Source of the DNA: an uncultured Collinsella sp. | GTDB taxonomy: Bacteria; Actinomycetota; Coriobacteriia; Coriobacteriales; Coriobacteriaceae | DNA length: 64,000 nt | Direction of reading: 5' to 3' | Assembly (NCBI GenBank): GCA_900765115.1 | Contig: CAAFQK010000109.1 | Coordinates: forward strand, 4,421 to 68,420 | Shown here: in pieces, positions 18,937-26,357 of the stretch | Position numbering within the stretch: position 1 is the stretch's first letter | How the letters are laid out: every line of letters starts with the position of its first letter | Made by a program: the position numbers and the translations under genes | The notes under the pieces: model-generated | The model's input: only the letters and a program-made list of their open reading frames with translations | The model's database searches: none | What the model was told of the DNA's origin: nothing

Positions 18937-20042
18937 CGCGACCTACCTTCCAGCACGTCGCCGATCCGCTCGCTCGCATGACCATCACCGTAGGGGTTCG
19001 AGGCATGGCTCATGGCCGCGTACTCCCCCTCATCGGAGAGCAGACGACTGAACTCGCGGTAGATGACGTCTTCCTCGGTGCCCACGAGCTTCAGCGTGCC
19101 GGCGGCGACTCCCTCGGGGCGCTCGGTGGTGTCGCGCATGACGAGTACGGGCTTACCCAGACTAGGCGCCTCCTCCTGGATGCCGCCCGAGTCGGTGAGG
19201 ATGAGGTGCCTGGCGGCCATGAAGTTGTGGAAGTCGAGAACCTCGAGCGGGTCGATGATGTGGAGCCTGTCGAAGCCGTCGAGCTCCTCATGGGCGGCCT
19301 TGCGGACGATCGGGTTCATGTGGATGGGGTAGATCGCCTTGGTGTCTGGGTGCTCCTCCATCACGCGGCGGATGGCGCGGAACATGCGGTGCATTGGCTC
19401 TCCCAGGTTCTCGCGGCGGTGCGCCGTGATGAGGATGAGGCGCGAGCTTTCCGCCCACTCGAGCTCGGGGTGGGAGTAGCCCTCGCGCACGGTGGTGCGC
19501 AGGGCGTCGATGCCGGTGTTGCCGGTGACCCAGATCCTGGACTCGGGCTTGCCCTCCCCGAGCAAATTCTCCTTGCTCGCCTCCGTCGGGGCAAAGTAGT
19601 ACTCGCTCACGATGTCGACCGCCTGGCGGTTGAACTCCTCCGGCCAGGGGCTGTAGATATCGTGCGTGCGCAGGCCGGCCTCGACGTGGCCCACGGGTAT
19701 CTGCAGGTAGAAGCACGCGAGCGCCGAGGCGAAGCTGGTCGTGGTGTCTCCGTGGACCAGGACGACATCGGGCCTCTCGTCCTCGAGGACGGCCCTGAGC
19801 TTGAGCAGCACGTCGCACGTCACGTCGAACAGCGTCTGGCCCGGCTTCATGATCGCAAGGTCGTGGTCAGGAGTCACGCCGAAGACACGCAGCACCTGAT
19901 CGAGCATCTCTCGATGCTGGCCGGTCACGGTCACGACGGTCTCAAACTCATCCGTGCGTGTCTTCAGCTCATTGACGAGCGGGCACATCTTGATTGCCTC
20001 CGGGCGGGTGCCGAAGACGAGCATTACTTTCTTCTTAGTCAT
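18933..20042 (-). CDS. wecB: UDP-N-acetylglucosamine 2-epimerase (non-hydrolysing)
   Basis: FGTRPEAIKM, HGDTTT, HVEAGLR and TDSGGIQEE motifs. Confidence 0.95.
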   Translation of the reverse strand: MTKKKVMLVFGTRPEAIKMCPLVNELKTRTDEFETVVTVTGQHREMLDQVLRVFGVTPDHDLAIMKPGQTLFDVTCDVLLKLRAVLEDERPDVVLVHGDTTTSFASALACFYLQIPVGHVEAGLRTHDIYSPWPEEFNRQAVDIVSEYYFAPTEASKENLLGEGKPESRIWVTGNTGIDALRTTVREGYSHPELEWAESSRLILITAHRRENLGEPMHRMFRAIRRVMEEHPDTKAIYPIHMNPIVRKAAHEELDGFDRLHIIDPLEVLDFHNFMAARHLILTDSGGIQEEAPSLGKPVLVMRDTTERPEGVAAGTLKLVGTEEDVIYREFSRLLSDEGEYAAMSHASNPYGDGHASERIGDVLEGRSR

Positions 20043-20859
20043 TGGCCTTGCTCCTCTTTGACTCCTTGCGGAGAAGCATGTAGAAACGGGTGTTGCCGAC
20101 CACGTAGCGCTTCACCAGGCGCTTGGGCTCCTGCATCATGCGGAAGAGCCACTCCAGGTTCGCGCGCTGCATCCACATCGGGGCGCGCGGGATGTTGCCG
20201 GAGACCACGTCGAACGAACCCCCCACGCCCACGAAAGCGCCCTTGGCGCCCAGCTCGCGGAAACGCTCGATCAGGCGTTCCTTCTTGGGCGAGGTGATGC
20301 CCACGAACACGATGTCGGGCTCGGCCTGCTCAACCTCGGCGACCACGGCATCGAACTCGTCTTCGCCGAAGTAGCCGTCACGGTAACCCGCAAGGACCAT
20401 CTTGGGATACCTCTCGGACAGTACCTCGGCGGTCTTTGCGACCACTTCGGCTTTGGCGCCTAGCAGGTAGACGCTGTGCCCCTCACGCTCGGCCAGCCCA
20501 CACAGCTCCCACATGAGGTCGATGCCGGCCACGCGCTCGGGCAAGTCCACGCCCAGCTTCTTGGCGGCCATGACCATGGACGCACCATCGGCGTTTACGA
20601 TCTCGCAGCGGCGCACGCACGCATCCATCTCGGGATCGTCGCGCATCTGAAGCAACTTGTCGGCGTTCACGCCGATCAGATGGGCGAAGCGCCCCTCCTT
20701 GATGAGGGCATCGGTCGCCTCGACGGTCTGCTCCATCGTCCAGGGATCGACGGGGGCGCCCAGGACTTCGACTCGTCCGGGAAGATCAACCGTTGAACCG
20801 GTGCCTTCGTAATTCCCTATAGTCTCTTTAGCAAGCGCCATTTCCGCTGACAACCTCAA
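20035..20859 (-). CDS. WecG/TagA/CpsF-family N-acetylmannosaminyltransferase
   Basis: ADG, RVAGIDL, GVGGSFD and LEWLFR..QEPKRL motifs. Start may be 20841. Confidence 0.9.
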   Translation of the reverse strand: MRLSAEMALAKETIGNYEGTGSTVDLPGRVEVLGAPVDPWTMEQTVEATDALIKEGRFAHLIGVNADKLLQMRDDPEMDACVRRCEIVNADGASMVMAAKKLGVDLPERVAGIDLMWELCGLAEREGHSVYLLGAKAEVVAKTAEVLSERYPKMVLAGYRDGYFGEDEFDAVVAEVEQAEPDIVFVGITSPKKERLIERFRELGAKGAFVGVGGSFDVVSGNIPRAPMWMQRANLEWLFRMMQEPKRLVKRYVVGNTRFYMLLRKESKRSKAND

Positions 20860-21643
20860 TCACTGTGAGTAGGATTATTTTGAAATCGAAGAAAATGCCT
20901 CGTTTGGCTATATATTCAAGATCGCGTCGGACCATCCCGTCGAATCCAGTCGAGTTACGCTCAGTGACTTGCCACCAGCCGGTGATGCCAGGCTTCACGG
21001 CAAGACGCTGCAGGTCGTACTCGGTGTACTCGGCCACCTCATTCGGAAGTGGCGGGCGCGGGCCGACGACGGACATCTGGCCCAGAAACACGTTCAGGAA
21101 CTGTGGGAACTCGTCAATGGAGTGCTTGCGGATGAACTTGCCGATCCTGGTAACGCGCGGGTCCTCCTTCATCTTGAACATGGCACCGGCGATCTCGTTC
21201 TGCTCCTTGAGATCTGCCAGGCGCTCGTCGGCGTCCTTGTACATGGAGCGGAACTTCCACATGCGGAAGGTGGACAGGCTGCCGTCGGGGTGGGTCTGGC
21301 CCACGCGGATCTGGCTGTAGAAGGGGTTGCCCTCGCTCTCAAGGCGGATGGCCGCGGCAAGCACAAGGCTGGGAACGGCGATGACGGCCAGCACGCAGCC
21401 GCTGAACACGACGTCAAAGGCGCGCTTAACGGCGCGGTAGACCAAGCGCGAACGATCCCAGTCCATGATGGACTGCATAGCCTTGTAGCGGCCGGCGCCC
21501 TCGCGTCGGTCCATGGCCTGAGCAATGAGCGCTGCCCCCGCAGGCGCATCCGTTGCAAATTGAGTTTTATCCGACACGTTTTCTTCCAAGACCTCGTCCC
21601 CGGGTCGGGGATCCTCCCTGTTCTGTGTAGCGATCGCCTGCAA
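20828..21643 (-). CDS. Priming sugar-phosphate transferase (bacterial sugar transferase family)
   Basis: KRAFD, KFRSM, DPRVT, SIDEFPQFLNV, GPRP and KPGITG motifs. Confidence 0.9.
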   Translation of the reverse strand: MQAIATQNREDPRPGDEVLEENVSDKTQFATDAPAGAALIAQAMDRREGAGRYKAMQSIMDWDRSRLVYRAVKRAFDVVFSGCVLAVIAVPSLVLAAAIRLESEGNPFYSQIRVGQTHPDGSLSTFRMWKFRSMYKDADERLADLKEQNEIAGAMFKMKEDPRVTRIGKFIRKHSIDEFPQFLNVFLGQMSVVGPRPPLPNEVAEYTEYDLQRLAVKPGITGWWQVTERNSTGFDGMVRRDLEYIAKRGIFFDFKIILLTVIEVVSGNGAC

Positions 21644-22195
21644 CTAGGCGATTGCCTTTTTAAGGTTGCGCATGACGCGCTGCTCGCTTGAAAGCACGGC
21701 AAGGCCAACGCGGGTGGTTACGCGTCGGCCGCACAGATCGAGCTCCAGATAAGCAGCGCTCTTGCGTCTGTTAATGTTTTTGATGAGGCCCTCGTGGCCC
21801 AGCAGCGGACCTGCCGTTACTACGACCTGATCGCCGTCTTTTAGGGCTTCGCTCATGGGCACAACGCGGTCTCCCCTATGCGTAAAGCCGCCAATAAGCT
21901 GGACCTCTTCTTTTGCCAGCGGCACAAACTGACCGTCCTGGGAAAGTACCCGGGCAAAGTCGTCCATGCGTAGCAGATACTGTTGCACGGTTCGGGGATC
22001 TGCCGTATCGCAGATAAGATAACCGGGAAAGAACGGCTTGATCGTATCGACCCATTCGCCGTGTACCTTGATCTCGGTTTGAAATTGGGGGTAAAAGAGC
22101 TCCTGCATGATGCCAGCCGGCACCAAACGCTCGATGCGCTCGCGCATTACATCTTCGCGGCCGTTAATGACCTGGATCACATACCACACGAGCAC
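21644..22195 (-). CDS. loaP: NusG-paralog antiterminator (LoaP/UpxY-like)
   Basis: WYVIQV..GRE, PFFPGY, KOW motif GPLLGHEG and basic RRKS motif; first gene of the EPS operon. Confidence 0.8.
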   Translation of the reverse strand: MLVWYVIQVINGREDVMRERIERLVPAGIMQELFYPQFQTEIKVHGEWVDTIKPFFPGYLICDTADPRTVQQYLLRMDDFARVLSQDGQFVPLAKEEVQLIGGFTHRGDRVVPMSEALKDGDQVVVTAGPLLGHEGLIKNINRRKSAAYLELDLCGRRVTTRVGLAVLSSEQRVMRNLKKAIA

Positions 22196-22645
22196 CCTCT
22201 TGCTGTCTTACGTGTGGCTCACGGGGTTTGGGTATGGCTTCGCCAGGGCGCTTGTGCGCGAAGGCGCTCCATATTCAAACCCTGAGCCCAGTCAGACAAG
22301 CACGTGGCTCTGCCCCACCGTGAACGGTATGTACATATGCAGTTGCTAGGGACGCGGACGTGTATCGCAGAATGACCGCATCCCCAGCTGGCTGCGTGCG
22401 AGCCAGTCAAGCGGGAACAAAACTGGACCGCACGCAAACAGCTGAAGGACTGCTACGTATTGGCATGCAAACTAGTAAACATCTGCACCTTAGAAATAAC
22501 TTAATGCAAACAATTTAAGTCGCTTGACCTCTTTATTGGAGCTCGTGGTGTTTCTGGCACCGCCGTTACGGCCGGATGCTGATCGACCCTGTGCTTTGTG
22601 GCTTGCTGGAGCCGTGAGCGCAGTTGAACTCATGTAACGTTAGGT

Positions 22646-22654
22646 ATTCTAGCA
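22646..22654 (-). promoter_or_regulatory. Extended -10 promoter candidate for the EPS operon
   Basis: TGcTAGAAT on the minus strand about 450 nt upstream of the antiterminator gene. Confidence 0.45.
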
Positions 22655-22990
22655 CAAGCTGTTAGCGAAATTGATTTGGGCTGCGTTGGACAACATATCG
22701 TTCATTTGACGTGCTTAAGGGGGTTATTTTGGGATGTTGTTCACATTGACGCAGGTTATTGGGGTGCTGGCAATAATTGGGAGCGTTCCTGAAGCCCAAA
22801 TGAAGCAGCGAGCAGCGCCGATAATCGCGTTTGTCTAACAAACTACGTACAGACATGAGAAATAAATTGTGCAACTTTTTATGGGGCGGGCGCGGGCGTC
22901 GCATTGCGAAGATACTCATCGCACAATAGACACGCCTGGCTACAGAGTCAACACATTTTGAGGCAGATTGTTGGACGACTTTTTAGGTGT

Positions 22991-23015
22991 AGTTGTCGCA
23001 AAATTTGCGACAACT
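22991..23015. promoter_or_regulatory. Perfect 12-bp palindrome, possible operator
   Basis: AGTTGTCGCAAA-A-TTTGCGACAACT. Confidence 0.35.
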
Positions 23016-23231
23016 GCTGCTGACGGCGAACTTGAACAGGAAAGCATTTTGCATATTTTGCAAAAATGCAGTTCAGCCACTTAATATCGCATGCAAAGAC
23101 GATATGAGAAAGCCATTGGGGCCGCCTCCCCCGCGGCGCAGCTTCTTTCCGCGGGCTCGGGGTGCCACAATGGGCTTTGAGTATCGGCCCGTGCGGTAGC
23201 CCTTACCGCACCTGCGGGGAGGAGGCTTCCC

Positions 23232-24341
23232 ATGCCCCATGTTACCTCCATCGGCCTGGACGTCCACGCGCGATCGGTCGCCGCGGCGGCGTTCAACCCC
23301 TTCACCGGCGAGGTGGTGCACCGCGACTTCGGGACGGACGCCGCCGAGATCGCCGAGTGGGCGCTCGGGTTCGAGGAGCCCAGGGCCTGCTACGAGAGCG
23401 GCCCCACCGGCTTCCACATGGCGCGCGAGCTGCGCGCGCTCGGCCTCGACTGCGCTGTGGCCGCCGTCTCCAAGATGCAGAGGCCGGCGGCGGACGCCCG
23501 GCGCAAGAACGACCGGCGCGACGCCGAGTTCATCGCCCGCATGCTCGCCACCCACAACATCGTCGAGGTCCCGCTGCCCGACATGGCGGTCGAGGCCGCC
23601 CGGGACCTCGACCGCGCCCTCGACGACGCGACCCGCGAGCTCCGCCGCTCGAGGCAGCGTCTCAACATGTTCCTGATCAGGCTGGGCCACGTCTGGGACG
23701 AGCGCAACGCCGACGGGGCGAGGAAGAAGGCCTGGACGAGGGCCCACTGGAGGTGGGTCTCGGAGATCAGGCTCGAGGGGCCGCAGCGCGACGCGCTGGA
23801 GTACTACGTCACGGCCGCCCGCTGCGCGGAGTCGGACAGGCGGCAGCTCGAGAGGAGGGTCGTCGCGCTGGCGGGCACCGACCGCTGGCGGGCGACGGTG
23901 GAGGCGCTGTCCTGCATCAAGGGTGTCGACACCCTGACGGCCTTCAGGCTCGCGGCGGAGGCCGGGTCCTTCAGCAGGTTCCGCTCGGCGCCGGCCTTCG
24001 CGAGCTGGTGCGGGCTCATCCCGTCGGAGCACTCGAGCGGCGAGTCCGAGCGGCGCGGCGGGATAACCAAGGCCGGCAACGCGCTCGCGCGCACGGCGCT
24101 CATAGAGTCCGCATGGCACTACTCCACGTGCTCCCCGAGGCCCAAGGCCCCAGCCCCCGGCACCGACGTGCCCCCGGTGATACGCTCGAGGGCGGACGAC
24201 TGCACCGCCAGGCTCCACCGCCGCCGAGAGGCGCTGGCCGCGGCGGGCAAGAGCGCGTGCAAGGCCAACGCCGCCGTGGCGCGCGAGCTCGCCTGCTGGG
24301 TCTGGGAGATCGGGTGCAGGTCCGAGGGGACCGTCCTCTAG
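23232..24341 (+). CDS. IS110-family transposase/recombinase
   Basis: DEDD domain motifs IGLDVH, YESG and KNDRRDA; C-terminal GLIPSEHSSG; GGAGG RBS. Confidence 0.95.
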   Translation: MPHVTSIGLDVHARSVAAAAFNPFTGEVVHRDFGTDAAEIAEWALGFEEPRACYESGPTGFHMARELRALGLDCAVAAVSKMQRPAADARRKNDRRDAEFIARMLATHNIVEVPLPDMAVEAARDLDRALDDATRELRRSRQRLNMFLIRLGHVWDERNADGARKKAWTRAHWRWVSEIRLEGPQRDALEYYVTAARCAESDRRQLERRVVALAGTDRWRATVEALSCIKGVDTLTAFRLAAEAGSFSRFRSAPAFASWCGLIPSEHSSGESERRGGITKAGNALARTALIESAWHYSTCSPRPKAPAPGTDVPPVIRSRADDCTARLHRRREALAAAGKSACKANAAVARELACWVWEIGCRSEGTVL

Positions 24342-24660
24342 CGGCCGGCGACAACCGACTCCCGCCGGGAGGGCCCGCGCCTCGACGCATCGCCGGCGCG
24401 AGTTCACGACCTTTTTGATGGGCAGCCCCCGGGCCGCGCCCGACAAAAGACTGGATTCGTACGATAGCGCCGGACGGAGAATCGAAATGCGGTGGGGTGC
24501 GCGGACATACCGGGCTGACCGCCGGAAGCGCACCCGCAAGAGCCCGCGGATATTAGCTTGCCAGGCAAGCGTCGACTAAGCCATGCAGCGTGCGCGGGCT
24601 CTCCCGACGGGAAACGAAAAAGCCCGGTTTCAAACCGGGCTCGAACGAACATGCCTATTG
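24342..24660 (+). ncRNA. Candidate bridge/seek RNA in the IS 3' non-coding end
   Basis: Multiple hairpins with short segments matching the reconstructed target and donor junction (see findings). Confidence 0.6.
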
Positions 24661-24684
24661 ACAATGGCTTTCTCATATTAGAAA

Positions 24685-24706
24685 AGGACCCCTTTGCAGA
24701 GGTCCT
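24685..24706 (-). terminator. tRNA-Phe terminator with its U-tract interrupted by the IS
   Basis: Minus strand AGGACCTCT-GCAA-AGGGGTCCT-TTTCT. Confidence 0.75.
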
Positions 24707-24719
24707 AGTCAATTCAAGG

Positions 24720-24792
<73 letters not shown>

Positions 24793-24824
24793 ATTTGAGG
24801 TGTGCCTTGTTTCAAGGCTTGATT

Positions 24825-24852
24825 AGTATAACCAAGGACGCGTTCCGGTCAA
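24825..24852 (-). promoter_or_regulatory. Sigma-70-type promoter of tRNA-Phe
   Basis: TTGACC-N16-TATACT. Confidence 0.65.
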
Positions 24853-24915
24853 CCGAGAATTTTAAAAAAGTTTTTGAGCACAGCCTCGGTTCTATAAATC
24901 GGCACGTCAGAGACA

Positions 24916-25203
24916 TCAGCCGGCAGCAAGAAGTTTTTCGCTCAGAGCCGCACGGGCAAACTCACTTGGCGTCATCCCCTCGGCAGCCGCCCGTCGACGA
25001 ATGGCCTCCTTCATTCCCAGAGGAATCTTGACCGACAGCGTTGCCGTCCCCTCACCTGAGAGCGGGGGCCGCCCGTGCACGATCCCCCCAACGGTATGCT
25101 CGCCGTCCGGAAACCCGCCATGCTCGTACGACTCGCACCACGCGTCAATCATTTCATCCGTTACAACCTGACCATTGGCAGCCGTATACGCCTTGCTCAT
25201 CAT
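24916..25203 (-). CDS. Ribbon-helix-helix antitoxin-like protein
   Basis: GRPPL...LSVKIP..MKEAIRRRAAAEGMTPSEFARAAL; ATGA overlap with the upstream gene. Confidence 0.75.
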   Translation of the reverse strand: MMSKAYTAANGQVVTDEMIDAWCESYEHGGFPDGEHTVGGIVHGRPPLSGEGTATLSVKIPLGMKEAIRRRAAAEGMTPSEFARAALSEKLLAAG

Positions 25204-25466
25204 CGACCCCTCTGCCGAGCTTGCTCGATCTCTTGCCGGAATTTCTTCTGAACCGGAGACAGGGCATGAATAATGAGCCATCCACGAATTAGTTCGACTG
25301 CAACAAGTTCCATACTTCGACCATCTGGAAGCCATCCAATGGCAAGCCATCTCGGCGGCTCGTCCTCCGACTCGCGGCGAATGCACTCAGTAACCGCGAA
25401 CCAGGCACCAAGCACTTTCTTTTCCGTCAAGTGTTTTTTGGCGTTGGGATGGATCTCAACATCCAT
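25200..25466 (-). CDS. Small toxin-like protein (BrnT/RelE-like fold)
   Basis: MDVEIHPNAKKH...LAIGW..DGR.MELV....WLIIHAL; GGAG RBS; 88 aa. Confidence 0.6.
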   Translation of the reverse strand: MDVEIHPNAKKHLTEKKVLGAWFAVTECIRRESEDEPPRWLAIGWLPDGRSMELVAVELIRGWLIIHALSPVQKKFRQEIEQARQRGR

Positions 25467-25524
25467 GCATCTTCTCCTCCATCTTACCCAATTTCGTATG
25501 ACGAAAGTCCGCTGTCGCCAATTC

Positions 25525-25884
25525 TTACGCCGGCACTTGTTGAAAGGCGGGAGGTGTAGCGAGGATTGAAGGGCGTTCCAGCACCGCCCAGGCACCGGGA
25601 CAGGAACACATGCGCCAAGGACGGACGTTTTCGTAGCACGCGAGGATGCTGCCGTTTCGATCGATAAAGGCAATGTCGATGGGATAGGCCATAAAGCAGG
25701 TGTGGACCGAAGAGCAGCGTGGAAACGCCATGACGAGCGGCAACCCGTTGGCGGCAATCGGCGACCGCCCCAGCATGCCACGCAGGCGCACGACAAACGA
25801 CTCCGCCACCACAAACTCGGCCGGCGTCCAACCCAGCCTGTTGAGTGCCCGCGCGTAAGCGATGTAGGACGAGACCGCGGTCAC
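25525..25884 (-). CDS. DUF192-family protein
   Basis: RLRGMLGR, SVHTCFMAYPIDIAFID and AVLE motifs; GTGA overlap. Confidence 0.8.
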   Translation of the reverse strand: MTAVSSYIAYARALNRLGWTPAEFVVAESFVVRLRGMLGRSPIAANGLPLVMAFPRCSSVHTCFMAYPIDIAFIDRNGSILACYENVRPWRMCSCPGAWAVLERPSILATPPAFQQVPA

Positions 25885-26357
25885 ATGACCACCCCCGGAC
25901 GCCATGGATCGACCGTCACCGCGCGCTCGTGCGACAACGTTGTCGGCGCCCCCAGCGGAACGCCAGCGATGCTGAGAGAAGTCGGCCACGGCTCATAGTG
26001 CATGGTGCAGGTGTAGGTCCTAAACGTACCGGATAGGGAGAGCAGGCCACCATCCGATGCCTCCGCGCCTTGCTCGCTCGACACTTCGATCTGCAAGTCA
26101 TAGCCTTCCATGGCATTCAGAATTTGAGTCTGGACCGTCACCGAGGCATCGGCAGAGCTCTCGTCACCCTCCCCGCTCGGCGCCACGGCATGCGCTAGCA
26201 CGATATCGGGCACCACGCGATCGAAGCGCGCGACCGCGTCGGCAAAGACCATGACGTTGTACACGATAAGCGCCAGAACCAGCAGGACGGGCGTGACCAC
26301 GGCCATCTCGACCGTCGCCTGGGCGCGCTCCTCGCACAGGCGCGTGCGGATGCCCAT
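25881..26357 (-). CDS. TadE/TadF-like pseudopilin
   Basis: ERAQATVEMAVVTPVLL prepilin motif. Confidence 0.75.
   Translation of the reverse strand: MGIRTRLCEERAQATVEMAVVTPVLLVLALIVYNVMVFADAVARFDRVVPDIVLAHAVAPSGEGDESSADASVTVQTQILNAMEGYDLQIEVSSEQGAEASDGGLLSLSGTFRTYTCTMHYEPWPTSLSIAGVPLGAPTTLSHERAVTVDPWRPGVVM

Larger units (their letters stand above)
23097..24681 (+). mobile_element. IS110-family (IS1111-type) insertion sequence
   Basis: 17-bp sub-terminal inverted repeats ATATGAGAAAGCCATTG (23102-23118) and CAATGGCTTTCTCATAT (24662-24678). AG(A) core at both ends, transposase gene, and about 340 nt of 3' non-coding end. Confidence 0.9.

Noticed and set aside
22440..23090. Invertible promoter for the EPS operon
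   Set aside because: I found no pair of separated inverted repeats flanking the promoter and no invertase; only local palindromes. A computed search could still find one.
23073..24539. 488-aa minus ORF and 418-aa alternative-frame ORF over the IS
   Set aside because: Arg/Pro/Gly-rich artefacts of very high GC; the transposase frame holds all the motifs.
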